64,000 nt of DNA. It comes from Thermoanaerobaculia bacterium. Its GTDB lineage: Bacteria; Acidobacteriota; Thermoanaerobaculia; UBA5066; Gp7-AA6. The position numbers and the translations under genes were made by a program. The stretch spans positions 1,955-65,954 of the forward strand of contig JBBROA010000001.1 of the NCBI GenBank assembly GCA_038229875.1, written 5' to 3'. This document shows, in pieces, positions 1 through 9,662 of this stretch (its first letter is position 1; every line of letters begins with the position of its first letter). Under the pieces are notes generated by a model. The model was not told the origin of the DNA and made no database searches. It saw nothing but the letters and a program-made list of their open reading frames with translations.

Positions 1-184
1 TCTCCGGGTGCGCTTTCTCGTATGTGCGCTCGAGCAGGCCGAGCAGGTCGCGGCCATGCGGCGAGTAGAGAACGAGCGGAGTCCGCTTGTCGCTGCTGCA
101 GCCCGCAAAGAGCGCGAGGACGAGGAGCAGGAGCGGCACGGCGTGCGCGCGGCGCCCGAGCACGGGAAGCGCGTCAGCGCGCAT
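1..184 (-). CDS. Periplasmic substrate-binding lipoprotein of an ABC transporter, N-terminal fragment (gene runs off the window start)
   Basis: Not in the ORF track because it is truncated. Reverse-strand ATG at 182-184 gives MRADALPVLGRRAHAVPLLLLVLALFAGCSSDKRTPLVLYSPHGRDLLGLLERTYEKAHPE. It has a lipobox (LFAGC) and a mature N-terminus typical of Fe3+/thiamine-type binding proteins. It overlaps the stop of the upstream gene by 11 nt. Confidence 0.45.
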   Translation of the reverse strand, partial: MRADALPVLGRRAHAVPLLLLVLALFAGCSSDKRTPLVLYSPHGRDLLGLLERTYEKAHPE

Positions 185-2882
185 CCGGCCCCCGCCAGGC
201 GAGCAGGTTCGCGAAGAGCCGGTACGCGCCCGGGACCCCGGCGGGGAGCTCGCGGAAAAACGCGAGCCCGGTGTAGATGTAGCGGCCCTTTCCGACCCGG
301 GCGGCGAGAAGAGATCCGCGCTGCTCCGACTCGCCGGGGTCCTGCATCGAGAGAAGGGGCGTGTAGGCCGCGGTCCACGTGTGCGCAAAGTAGATTCCCC
401 GCTCCTGCACCCAACCCTCCCAGTCCGCGGGGCCGATCGGGTTCGGAGATCGGAAGATCGGGTGCGACGGATCGAGGATCGTCACGGGGGCCGTCTCGTC
501 CGTAACCCGGTCGATCGGACGCGTGATCTCGAGCTTCTCGGGCGCGAACCCGCCCTCGGTGAAGCCGAGCTGCTGGTACTGAACGATCAGGAGGCCGCCG
601 GCGCGGACCCAGTCGAGGAGCCGCCCGTTCGCGTTGGCGAGCGCGGGCTCCGTCTCGTACGCGCGCACTCCGATGACGATCGCGTCGAATCCGGACAGGC
701 TCCCGTGCTCGAGGTCGTTCCCGGAGAGGAGCCGGACCGGGATCCCGACGGCCAGCAGGGCCTCCGGCACGCGATCGGACGCTCCGCGCACATATCCGAC
801 CGCGGAGAGCTTCGGGAGCTTCAGATCGAGGGCCGTGACGGCCACCGACGCTTCGCGGGGGAAGGGCGTCGGACGGATGTGCTCGTAGTCGATCGTTCGC
901 ACGCCGAGGCCGAACCGCTCGCCGGACGCGAGTACCGCCGCCAGGGCGATGGCGATGCGTCCCGGCTTTGCGCCGCCCGCCGGAGGCTTGAGCGCGAGCT
1001 CCACGAACGCGCGATCCCCCTTTTTCGCGAGCGAGAAGCTCGCCGGCGCGACCGTCCAGCCGGCGGGCGCCTGCGCTTCGACGCGTCCGGAGACCGGCCC
1101 CGGAGCGTTCGAGGCGACCGTGACGGAGAATCGGGAAGGCGTCCCCGCGCGAGCGATCGGGAGCACGAGCAGCGGCGGATCCGCGGAGACTTCGACGCGG
1201 GGAACGGCGCGAAGAGCGCGCCGGATCTCACCGAATTCCTCGTCCCGGTAGCGGAACGTCGCCTCCCGCGCGACGGTCACGGCGACGCCACCGACGTTGA
1301 GGGTTACGGAGGCGGAGAGCGGCGGCGGCCCGAACGGCTCGCCGCGAATCGCCGAGGGCGCGGAGCTCCAGTCGTACATCGCGCCCTGGAGCGGCGACCG
1401 AAGGAAGTACGGGACGGTCGGGAGAGCGTCGGGAGCGAGGGCGGCGGAGAGCTTCCACTCCGCGAGCGCTCCCGAAGGCACCGACTTTCCGGCGGAGGCG
1501 GCGGGGGCGGCGGCGACCGTCCAGCCATCCGGAGAGACGAGCGTCACGGAGTCGGCGGCGATTTCGCCGCGCCCGGCGTTAGAGATCTGAACGGTCACGG
1601 AGACGGTCTCCCCGGGGGAGGCGGTTTCGCGGTCCGCGAGAGCGTCGAGCGCGATTCCCGCGGCGCCGGCGAGCGCGTTTTCGGCGGCCGAAATCTTCTC
1701 GTCGAGCACCGCCGCCGCCCCGACGTCGGCGGCCAAGGCCGCGCGCGCGTCGCGAAGGTCGGTCAGGAGGGCCGCGATCGCGGGGACAGAATCGGAGAGG
1801 GAGGCGGGAGACAACCGCGCGCGGGCTTCCCGGGCGAGAGCGGCGATGCGCGACAGACGGGCGGAGAGCTCGCGCCTGCCGGCGGGATCGGCGATGACGG
1901 CGGAGAGCGACGCCAGGTCCGAGTCGGTGCCGGCGAAGAGATCCCGGGCGTCGCGGCCGGAGCCGCCTTCGAGCCATCCGACCCGCGCCTCGTTCGGTCC
2001 GATCGGCTGGAGCGCTCCCGTTCCCTGCGAGCGGTGGAGGCTGCGGCTCGCGACCGCGATCTGCTGGAACGAGCGCCCGGTCAGCGGCTCGAGGCCACCG
2101 GTTGGCAGCACGAGAGTGGTCTTGTCGCGGTCGAGAAACCGGGTGGTCTGGTAAAGGGCGGCGGGTTGCCACGTGCGGAGGCCCTCCGCGGCGAGGCCCG
2201 GGAAAGCCGCGGGATCGCCGGCCGCCTTGAAGGCTTCGCGGGCGATGATGCCGGATTCCTGGTGCTGGCCGTGGCCGTCGCGAGGCGTCCCCGAGAAGAT
2301 CGCGACGACGACCTGCGGCCGGAATCGCCGGATGACGCGGACGGCGTCTTCCATCACGGCCTCCTTCGGCCAGAGGCGGAGGGACTCCTCGATGGTCCTC
2401 GAGAACCCGAAATCGTACGCTCGCGTGAAGTACTGCCGCGCGCCGTCTAGGTGGCGAGCCGCGTTCAGCTCTCCCGTCCGAATCAACCCGAGCCCGACTC
2501 CGAGATCGTCGCCGATCAGGTTCTGGCCGCCGTCTCCGCGGGACAGCGACAGGTAGGCCGCCTCTCCCCCCATCCCGCGCGCGACGAGCGTCAGCAACGC
2601 CGTGTCCTCGTCGTCCGGGTGCGCGGCGATGACGAGAAGGCGCCGGTTCGTCTCGAGCTTGCGCAGGAGCGGGTCGATGGCGTCGATGCCCCCCGCCGAC
2701 GCAGGCGGGAGGGCGGTCCCGGGAGGCTCGGCGGCCGGGAGCGCGGACGCGACGAGGGCGAGGCACGTAGCCGCGAACAGGGCGGGCAGGGAGAAACGAG
2801 GTTTTTTCACGCGCGCGAGTTTATGACGGGAGGCGGCGCAGGGTCCGGCGCGCCGGGAGCCCGGCGCGGCGCGGACGATCAC
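174..2882 (-). CDS. PIG-L/LmbE-family deacetylase with large C-terminal ThuA / class-I glutamine-amidotransferase-like region, exported
   Basis: 902-aa ORF with PIG-L motif VIAAHPDDEDTALLTLVARG...SRGDGGQN and a hydrophobic signal (PALFAATCLALVASALPAA). The start is ambiguous: GTG at 2882 or GTG at 2810. Confidence 0.85.
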   Translation of the reverse strand: MIVRAAPGSRRAGPCAASRHKLARVKKPRFSLPALFAATCLALVASALPAAEPPGTALPPASAGGIDAIDPLLRKLETNRRLLVIAAHPDDEDTALLTLVARGMGGEAAYLSLSRGDGGQNLIGDDLGVGLGLIRTGELNAARHLDGARQYFTRAYDFGFSRTIEESLRLWPKEAVMEDAVRVIRRFRPQVVVAIFSGTPRDGHGQHQESGIIAREAFKAAGDPAAFPGLAAEGLRTWQPAALYQTTRFLDRDKTTLVLPTGGLEPLTGRSFQQIAVASRSLHRSQGTGALQPIGPNEARVGWLEGGSGRDARDLFAGTDSDLASLSAVIADPAGRRELSARLSRIAALAREARARLSPASLSDSVPAIAALLTDLRDARAALAADVGAAAVLDEKISAAENALAGAAGIALDALADRETASPGETVSVTVQISNAGRGEIAADSVTLVSPDGWTVAAAPAASAGKSVPSGALAEWKLSAALAPDALPTVPYFLRSPLQGAMYDWSSAPSAIRGEPFGPPPLSASVTLNVGGVAVTVAREATFRYRDEEFGEIRRALRAVPRVEVSADPPLLVLPIARAGTPSRFSVTVASNAPGPVSGRVEAQAPAGWTVAPASFSLAKKGDRAFVELALKPPAGGAKPGRIAIALAAVLASGERFGLGVRTIDYEHIRPTPFPREASVAVTALDLKLPKLSAVGYVRGASDRVPEALLAVGIPVRLLSGNDLEHGSLSGFDAIVIGVRAYETEPALANANGRLLDWVRAGGLLIVQYQQLGFTEGGFAPEKLEITRPIDRVTDETAPVTILDPSHPIFRSPNPIGPADWEGWVQERGIYFAHTWTAAYTPLLSMQDPGESEQRGSLLAARVGKGRYIYTGLAFFRELPAGVPGAYRLFANLLAWRGPDAR

Positions 2883-2898
2883 AAGGCCGGAAGCGTGC

Positions 2899-3372
2899 TC
2901 AGCGTTTCTTCAGCTTCGATCGGACGATCGGCGCCGAAGCCGCGGCCAGAGCGGCTAAGAGCGCCGCGATGAACTGCGCGCGCCTCTTGCCGTCCATCCG
3001 CTGCCATTCCCGGGTGATCCGGTCGATCGTGCTCTTCGAGACGGCGCCGGCCTGCCCGATCGCCCGCCGCGCGGACTGGACTCCCTCGCCCGAAAGAGAC
3101 GCCAGGCTCGCGCCCGCCTCCGTCGCCTTTTCCGCGAACCCGCGGAGCATCGTCTCGAGCGAGAGGCCTCCGGCGATGGCGGCAGCCGTTTTCTTCTTCG
3201 GCGCGCCGGGCTTGCGCCGCGCCGGCGCCTTGCGTCGGACAGCGGCCACGGCGGCCGCGGAAGGCGCGGAAGGCGCGGAAGCCGCCGGTGCCGGTTTCTT
3301 CGCCGCCGGCGCCCGGCGGCGCGGCTTCGGAGCGGGTGTGGAACCGTTTTCCCGGTCGCCGTCTTCCATCAT
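2899..3372 (-). CDS. Hypothetical protein with basic Ala/Lys/Pro-rich N-terminus and hydrophobic C-terminal anchor
   Basis: 157-aa ORF in a clean gap between two minus-strand genes. The N-terminus is low-complexity AKP-rich and the C-terminus reads AQFIAALLAALAAASAPIV. No family recognised. Confidence 0.5.
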   Translation of the reverse strand: MMEDGDRENGSTPAPKPRRRAPAAKKPAPAASAPSAPSAAAVAAVRRKAPARRKPGAPKKKTAAAIAGGLSLETMLRGFAEKATEAGASLASLSGEGVQSARRAIGQAGAVSKSTIDRITREWQRMDGKRRAQFIAALLAALAAASAPIVRSKLKKR

Positions 3373-3421
3373 CGCCTCCTCCAGAAAAAACGTGTGGGCA
3401 GCGGAAAGCCGGGAGCTCCTG

Positions 3422-5200
3422 TCACTCTCCGGCCGCGGTGAACACCGGCTTGATGTCTACGGGGATGTCGGCGAGGCGGGCGGTGACGGCCGCGATTTCG
3501 GGGTTCGACTTGCCGTACCGGTCGAGCAGGCGCTTGCCTCGCTCGAAGTCCCCGGTCGCTTCGATCATCAGAAGCTCGTGAGAGAGGGAGCGGACCGCCT
3601 CGCGGAATTTGTCCTTCTTCGCCAGGAAGCGGCCGTTCGCGGCGGGCACGATGGCTCCCTTTTCCCGGAACCAGTTCCACTGGACCGCGGTGCCGCCTCC
3701 GTGCGCTTCCTCGAGACCGAACCGCATCGAGCGAAACATCAGCCCCATGTACGTCGCCGCGAGCGATTCCTCGTCGAAAGACGTCAGCCACTTCTGATCG
3801 AGAGCGTAGAGGATGTTCCAGAGTCCGACCGCGTCGGCCTTGCACTCCTCGATCGTGGAGTAGATGTTCTTCAACAGGAGCCGCGCCTCGATGCGCTTTC
3901 CATCCGGCCCCGTGATCACGCCCGGGCCGAGGCCATGAGAGAGCTCGTGGAAGAGCGTGTGGTTGAAATACGGGTCGAACGCGATGCGCCCCGCGAGCGA
4001 CGGGTCGACGACGCGTTCGGCGACGGGCTGTCCGCTCTGCCGGAACTTCGCTTCCATGACGTTCTTGAGCAGCACCTTCTTCGATCCCTTCGCCTCGCGC
4101 ACTCTCTCGTCGTTCGGGAGGTTGAACGCGGCGGTCTGGACGCCGCGGCGCGCATCGCCAGAGGTGAAGGCCTCCTGCACGACGCGGATCGGTGATTCGA
4201 ACTTCCGGTTGAAGTTCTTGTGAGCGTCGGGGATCGGGAGGTTTCTCTCCATGTCGGGCAGGTGCTGCGCGTACACGGCGAGATGGGCGGTCTCCGCCTT
4301 GTCCCGCACGGTCACGAACGACTCGTACGCGGCCTTGAAGTTGAAGAGCGAGTCCTCGTAGACCTCGTAAGGACCGATCGCGATCTCGATGTCGGAGTCG
4401 AGGTCCATCCACGCCACGTCCGAGGCGAAGTAGTCGTCGGAAAGAAACGCATCGGCGCGCAGCGAGAGGAACTTCCGCAGCGACGCGTTCCCGGTCGAGG
4501 CGGCCGCCGCACGGAGTTTTTCCGCCGCGCGGGAGAGAGCCGGCTGATAGAACTTCGAATACGGGATGGCGACGAGGCGGTCGCCGTCTCGGCGGATGAC
4601 GGTGAAGAGACTCTGGAAGCTCTCCTTGTCCTGCGGGTGCGCCGCGACCCACTTCTCGAACTCCTCGTGCGTCATGTCGAGAGGGTAGAAACCCGCGCCC
4701 TTGGGCTTCGGGCGCCGTCCGATGAAGGGCTCGTCTCCCTTCAACCGGTCCCAGGGCCCCCCGTGGATGTCGAAGTACTCGATCGCGGCCACGGCGATCC
4801 CGCGGTTTTCGCCGCGCACGCGCTCGAGCGCCTGGCGCATCGACGGGACTTCTTCGGACACCTGCCGCGCGAAGATCGCATCGAGCTCGCGGGAGGCGTC
4901 GATCAAGAGCTCGAGCGTGTGCGTCTCCCGTTCGTCGAGGAGTGCGCGGTCGTACTGAATCCGCGTCGCCGGAAACTGCCGCACCCGGGCGGGAACGTCC
5001 GGAGCGATCGCGAGAGAGTCGGCCGCGGCGATCGCGGCCATTGCGGCCGGCGTTGCCGGAGCCGCGGACCCGCCCGAACCGGCCGGCGCGGGGGGTGGGC
5101 CGACTCCCGGGGGGGTCACCGCGCTCCCACAGCCGGAAAGGGCGGCCGAGAGGCACAGAACCGGCCAGAACGGGAGGGCCGGGCCCGATCTCCATCGCAT
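3422..5200 (-). CDS. Zn-metallopeptidase, M49 (dipeptidyl-peptidase III)-like, lipoprotein
   Basis: HELSHGLG (HExxH-type) plus a second motif, EECKAD, as in the M49 family. I place the start at ATG 5198-5200 (MRWRSGPALPFWPVLCLSAALSGCGS, lipobox) rather than the track start at 5377, which would overlap egtB. Confidence 0.75.
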   Translation of the reverse strand: MRWRSGPALPFWPVLCLSAALSGCGSAVTPPGVGPPPAPAGSGGSAAPATPAAMAAIAAADSLAIAPDVPARVRQFPATRIQYDRALLDERETHTLELLIDASRELDAIFARQVSEEVPSMRQALERVRGENRGIAVAAIEYFDIHGGPWDRLKGDEPFIGRRPKPKGAGFYPLDMTHEEFEKWVAAHPQDKESFQSLFTVIRRDGDRLVAIPYSKFYQPALSRAAEKLRAAAASTGNASLRKFLSLRADAFLSDDYFASDVAWMDLDSDIEIAIGPYEVYEDSLFNFKAAYESFVTVRDKAETAHLAVYAQHLPDMERNLPIPDAHKNFNRKFESPIRVVQEAFTSGDARRGVQTAAFNLPNDERVREAKGSKKVLLKNVMEAKFRQSGQPVAERVVDPSLAGRIAFDPYFNHTLFHELSHGLGPGVITGPDGKRIEARLLLKNIYSTIEECKADAVGLWNILYALDQKWLTSFDEESLAATYMGLMFRSMRFGLEEAHGGGTAVQWNWFREKGAIVPAANGRFLAKKDKFREAVRSLSHELLMIEATGDFERGKRLLDRYGKSNPEIAAVTARLADIPVDIKPVFTAAGE

Positions 5201-5240
5201 CCGGCGGAATCTAGCATTCTTTGCACGGCGTAGATTTAGC

Positions 5241-6572
5241 ATGACGCCTGCCATGGGAATCGACCGGAACCGGATGCTCGGCTGGTATCGTCGCAACCGC
5301 CGGCGGTCCGAGGCGCTTTTCGCGATGATCCCGGACTCCGCGTACGGGCAGCGGCCGATCTCGCTCCGGAATCCCATTTGCTTCTACGAGGGGCACATTC
5401 CGGCATTCGGCGTGAACACCCTCTGGAAGGGGGCGCTCGGGGAACCCCCGTTGAACCCGGACTACGAGCTCCTGTTCGAGCGGGGGATCGATCCGGAAGC
5501 GCCCGCGGAGGCGCCCGCCGTTCGGTGGCCCTCGCGCGCGGAAATCGCCGGTTACGGACGATCGGCCGACACGGCCCTCGAGCGCGCGCTCACCGAGCGG
5601 CCGCTCGAGGTCGAGAGCAATCCGCTGCTTCACCGGGCGCAGGCGGCCTACACCGTCCTGGAGCACGAAGTCATGCACCAGGAAACCCTCCACTACATGT
5701 GGAGGCGGCTTTCCTTCGACAGGAAGATCAAGCCCTCAGACGCGCCCGCCGTGATCGTGAACGGCGGCGCGAAGGAGCGGCCGAAAGCGGTCCGGGTGCC
5801 CGCGGGGATCGCGACCCTCGGCGCCGAACCGGAGGAGATCGCGTTCGGATGGGACAACGAGTTTCCCTCCCATCGCGTCGAGGTCGATGCGTTCTCGATC
5901 GACGCGCACAATGTGACGAACGCCGAATTTCTGGATTTCGTTCAGGCCGGAGGGTACTCGCGGGAGGAGCTCTGGGACGACGCCGGGTGGGAGTGGGTTC
6001 GCTCCGAGACCGTCGCGCATCCTCCGTTCTGGGACCGCGGCGCGGGAGGATGGGAATGGCTCGGGATGTTCGAACGGCTGCCCCTTCCTCCCGACTGGCC
6101 GGTCTGGGTCACGCACGCGGAGGCTTCCGCATACGCGCGCTGGAGAGGCGGACGCCTTCCGAGCGAAGCGGAGTACCACCGCGCGGCGTTCGGGACGCCC
6201 GAGGGCGCTGAACGCCTGTTTCCGTGGGGAAGCGAGCCGGCCGACGGAACGCGCGGAAACTTCGATTTCCAGAGCTTCGAGCCCGTGCCCGTCGGATCTT
6301 TCCCCTCGGGCGCGTCCGCGTGGGGCGTCCACGACCTGGTCGGCAACGGATGGGAGTGGACCTCGACCGTGTTCTCGGGGTTCCCGGGCTTCCGGCCTAT
6401 GGCCTCGTATCCCCGGTATTCCGCCGACTTTTTCGACGGCAAGCACTACGTCATGAAAGGCGCGTCGCCGGTGACGGGCCGCGAGCTCGTCCGGCGGTCC
6501 GTGCGGAACTGGTTTCGCCCCAATTATCCCCACGTCTACGCGTCGTTCCGCTGCTTGGACGCGGTGCGGTGA
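5241..6572 (+). CDS. egtB: Ergothioneine biosynthesis sulfoxide synthase EgtB (DinB_2 + FGE-sulfatase domains)
   Basis: 443 aa. The N-terminal DinB-like part contains FYEGHIPAF. The C-terminal FGE/SUMF1-type part contains GNGWEWT and HYVMKGASP. It lies directly upstream of egtD. Confidence 0.9.
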   Translation: MTPAMGIDRNRMLGWYRRNRRRSEALFAMIPDSAYGQRPISLRNPICFYEGHIPAFGVNTLWKGALGEPPLNPDYELLFERGIDPEAPAEAPAVRWPSRAEIAGYGRSADTALERALTERPLEVESNPLLHRAQAAYTVLEHEVMHQETLHYMWRRLSFDRKIKPSDAPAVIVNGGAKERPKAVRVPAGIATLGAEPEEIAFGWDNEFPSHRVEVDAFSIDAHNVTNAEFLDFVQAGGYSREELWDDAGWEWVRSETVAHPPFWDRGAGGWEWLGMFERLPLPPDWPVWVTHAEASAYARWRGGRLPSEAEYHRAAFGTPEGAERLFPWGSEPADGTRGNFDFQSFEPVPVGSFPSGASAWGVHDLVGNGWEWTSTVFSGFPGFRPMASYPRYSADFFDGKHYVMKGASPVTGRELVRRSVRNWFRPNYPHVYASFRCLDAVR

Positions 6573-6609
6573 TGGTGATGTCAGAAGGGCCGCGCGTCTT
6601 GCGCCCAGC

Positions 6610-7590
6610 ATGAGCCTCCCGACCAGTCTCGCCGCGCCTCCCGCGGAATCGGTGAGGGACTTCGCGGCCGACGTGCGCCGCGACCTCGCGCTCACTCCCA
6701 GGCAGATTCAGTCCAAATATCTGTACGACGGTCTTGGGTCGACGCTGTTCGAGGCGATCTGCCGCCTTCCCTGGTACCGGATCACGCGGGCGGAGGCCCG
6801 CCTCCTCTCCACGTTCGCGTCTCAGATCGTTTCGGCCTTTACGGAGCCGCTCACCCTGGTGGAGCTCGGCTGCGGCAGCGGTGAGAAGCTGGCCATGCTG
6901 GCGGAGGCGCTTCGCGCGCAGCGCCGCCGCGTGGCGGTGCACCTCATCGACATCTCGCCCGTCGCGCTGGAGCTTTCGGAGCGCACACTGGGGAGGCTGC
7001 AGCATGTCTCCGTCGTGGGACACCGGGCGACCTACGAGGAGGGATTGCGCCACGCGGCGGCACAGCGGGTCGACGGAGCCGCGATGCTCGTGCTCTTTCT
7101 CGGCTCGAATCTCGGCAACTTCGACCCGCCGGCGGCGCACGACTTCTTGAGCCGCATCCGGGCTTCGCTTCGAACCGGGGACGCGCTCCTGCTCGGCGCG
7201 GACCTCGTCAAACCGGAAAAGGACCTGCTGCTCGCCTACGACGACCCGCTCGGCGTCACCGCCGCGTTCAACAAGAACCTGCTGGTCCGGATGAACTCCG
7301 AGCTCCTCGCGAACTTCGATCTGCGCCGGTTCGATCACCGCGCCGTGTGGAATGCGGAGGAAAAGCGCGTCGAAATGCACCTCGTTTCGCGCGCCGAGCA
7401 GGAGGTCGAGATCGAGCGCTCGGGGATCTCGATCCGCTTTTCGGCAGAAGAGGCGATCTGGACGGAAAGCTCCTACAAGTACCTGCCCGAGGACGTCGTG
7501 GAGCGCGGCCGCCTGGCCGGCTTTCGCACCGTCGAGCAGTGGGTCGACTCCCGCGCCCGGTTCGCGCTCACGCTCTTCTCGGCCGACTGA
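6610..7590 (+). CDS. egtD: L-histidine N-alpha-methyltransferase EgtD
   Basis: 326 aa with YLYDGLGSTLFEAICRLPWYRITRAE and a VELGCGSGEK SAM motif. Same strand as egtB, 37 nt downstream. Confidence 0.9.
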   Translation: MSLPTSLAAPPAESVRDFAADVRRDLALTPRQIQSKYLYDGLGSTLFEAICRLPWYRITRAEARLLSTFASQIVSAFTEPLTLVELGCGSGEKLAMLAEALRAQRRRVAVHLIDISPVALELSERTLGRLQHVSVVGHRATYEEGLRHAAAQRVDGAAMLVLFLGSNLGNFDPPAAHDFLSRIRASLRTGDALLLGADLVKPEKDLLLAYDDPLGVTAAFNKNLLVRMNSELLANFDLRRFDHRAVWNAEEKRVEMHLVSRAEQEVEIERSGISIRFSAEEAIWTESSYKYLPEDVVERGRLAGFRTVEQWVDSRARFALTLFSAD

Positions 7591-7721
7591 CCGACCCGCG
7601 TACAGGCCGACATCGCTGACCCGTGTAATCTTTCCCGCCTCGGAAGAGTTCTCTCGAAATGGATTCGTGTTTCCCTCGGCGCCCGCCGTTCCTGCCGGGG
7701 CCGGGGGATCTGGAGGCAGAA

Positions 7722-9467
7722 TTGAAGTCCGTCACCGCCGCGCTCGCCGTCTGTCTGCTCCTTCCCTCCCTGCCGGTCGGGGGAGAGGAGGCCGTTGACC
7801 TCGACATGGAGAACCGGATTCGCCAGGAGGGGTTTCACGACTCGAAGGTCATGGCGACCGCGAGTCACCTGATGGACTCGATCGGCGCCCGTCTGACGGG
7901 CTCTCCGAACATGAAGAAGGCGAACGAGTGGACCCGCAGACAGCTCGAAGAGTGGGGCCTCTCAAACGCGCACCTGGAGAGCTGGGGCCCATTCGGGCGC
8001 GGCTGGAGCTACGAGCAGTGCACGCTGCGCATGATCACGCCGGATTCCGCCGAGCTGATCGCTCTTCCGGTCGCATGGTCGCCGGGCACGAACGGGCCTC
8101 TGCGCGCGAGCCTCGTTCGCGCGAAACTCGCGACCGAGGACGATCTCAAGGCGCAGAAGGGACAGCTCGCCGGCAAGGTCCTCCTGCTCGGAGATATGCG
8201 CGACGTCCGCCCTTCGGAGACGACGCTGTCCGAGCGGTATGACGAGAAGGGGCTGACCGAGATGGGGGCGTACGAGATCCCGGGATTGACGCCGAGGCCA
8301 AGGCCCGGGCAGTCGCCCTTCAACCGGGAGGAGTTCGCGAAGCGCCGCCGGTTCCGGCGCGCTCTCGACCGATTCCTGGCGGAGGAAAAAGTCGCGGCGG
8401 TCTTAGAGCCCGGCGCTCTCGATGGCGGGACGTTTCGCGTTCAGGGAGTCAGCAACGGCTACAAGCCGGACGCCCTCGCGACCGTGCCTCAGGTGATGCT
8501 GGCGATCGAGCACTTTGGCCGTCTCGCGAGGCTGCTCGAGCGCAAGGAGGACGTGCAGGTCGAATTGAACGTCAAGTCCCGCTTCCACACCGACGACACG
8601 ATGTCCTACAACACGGTCGCGGAAATCCCGGGCACCGACAAGCGCGGCGAAGTCGTCATGCTCGGCGGGCACATGGACTCCTGGCACGCGGGCACCGGCG
8701 CGACCGACAACGGCGCGGGCGTAGTGGTAGCGATGGAAGCCGTGCGGATCTTAAAGGCGCTCAACGTGCGGCCGAGGCGGACGATCCGCATCGCGCTCTG
8801 GAGCGGGGAGGAAGAGGGGCTCCTCGGCTCCAAGGCCTACGTGCGGGCGCATTTCGGGTCCCGGCCCGAGGCCGCCGCGGCGGACCTCGAGCTTCCCGCG
8901 TCCCAACGCCCGTCCACCGGCCCGCTGACCCTGAAGCCGGAGCACGCGAAACTGTCCGCGTATTTCAATCTCGACAACGGCACCGGGAAGATCCGCGGCG
9001 TGTACACCCAGGAGAACGTCGCCGTCGTACCGATCTTCGAGGCGTGGATCCGGCCGCTCAAGGATCTCGGCGTCACCATGATCACGAATCGCAACACCTC
9101 TGGGACGGACCACCTCTCGTTCGACGAAGTGGGGCTGCCGGGGTTCCAGTTCATCCAGGACGAGGTGGAATACGAGACGCGCACCCACCACACGAACATG
9201 GACACCTACGAGCGCCTGCAGAGGGAGGACCTGATGCAGGCCTCCGTCGTCATGGCGTCCTTCGTGTATGCGGCCGCGACGCGCGACGGGATGCTTCCGA
9301 GAAAGCGGCTCCCGAAGGACCGGCCGCCCCGGGACGACGCCTCCCCGGCTCCCGCGGAGAAGGGGCCGCTGGCGCGGCCGGAGAGGACACCCGGCGCGCC
9401 GGCCGCGGCGCCGCCTGCGCCCGCGCCGGCGTCTCCGACGCCCGGTCCCGGGGAAGCCGTTCGCTGA
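7722..9467 (+). CDS. Exported M28-family aminopeptidase with PA domain and Pro/Ala-rich C-terminal tail
   Basis: GGHMDSWHAGTGATDNGAGVVVAMEA and ALWSGEEEGLLGS metal-ligand motifs. An in-frame TTG at 7722 is preceded by GGAGG and gives the signal peptide MKSVTAALAVCLLLPSLPVGG. The track start is 7659. Confidence 0.85.
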   Translation: MKSVTAALAVCLLLPSLPVGGEEAVDLDMENRIRQEGFHDSKVMATASHLMDSIGARLTGSPNMKKANEWTRRQLEEWGLSNAHLESWGPFGRGWSYEQCTLRMITPDSAELIALPVAWSPGTNGPLRASLVRAKLATEDDLKAQKGQLAGKVLLLGDMRDVRPSETTLSERYDEKGLTEMGAYEIPGLTPRPRPGQSPFNREEFAKRRRFRRALDRFLAEEKVAAVLEPGALDGGTFRVQGVSNGYKPDALATVPQVMLAIEHFGRLARLLERKEDVQVELNVKSRFHTDDTMSYNTVAEIPGTDKRGEVVMLGGHMDSWHAGTGATDNGAGVVVAMEAVRILKALNVRPRRTIRIALWSGEEEGLLGSKAYVRAHFGSRPEAAAADLELPASQRPSTGPLTLKPEHAKLSAYFNLDNGTGKIRGVYTQENVAVVPIFEAWIRPLKDLGVTMITNRNTSGTDHLSFDEVGLPGFQFIQDEVEYETRTHHTNMDTYERLQREDLMQASVVMASFVYAAATRDGMLPRKRLPKDRPPRDDASPAPAEKGPLARPERTPGAPAAAPPAPAPASPTPGPGEAVR

Positions 9468-9662
9468 CCCGGCGGGGCGGGCGGCGGGTGCGAAGGCGGA
9501 GTTGTGAGGGCGGCTCACGGATTCGCCGGACTGAATCCGGCGGACGTCCGTCGTGCGTCGCGCCTCGGACGGCGTTGGTCCGGCTAAAGCGCCTCCTTGT
9601 CCTCGCAGATGAGCTGGCGGCGCTCCGACCGTTAGTCTCCGGCCTGGTGCAAGGAGGTTGCG

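Noticed and set aside
87-2450. Very long ORFs in alternate or antisense frames (e.g. 87-2450+, 1579-2766-, 3369-5195-, 14325-15710-, 24473-26086-, 31061-32428+, 45918-48581+, 46216-47652-).
   Set aside because: Their translations are Arg/Pro/Gly/Ala-rich low-complexity strings with no motifs. They overlap ORFs that have clear family signatures. They are the expected stop-codon-poor shadow frames of ~70 % GC DNA.
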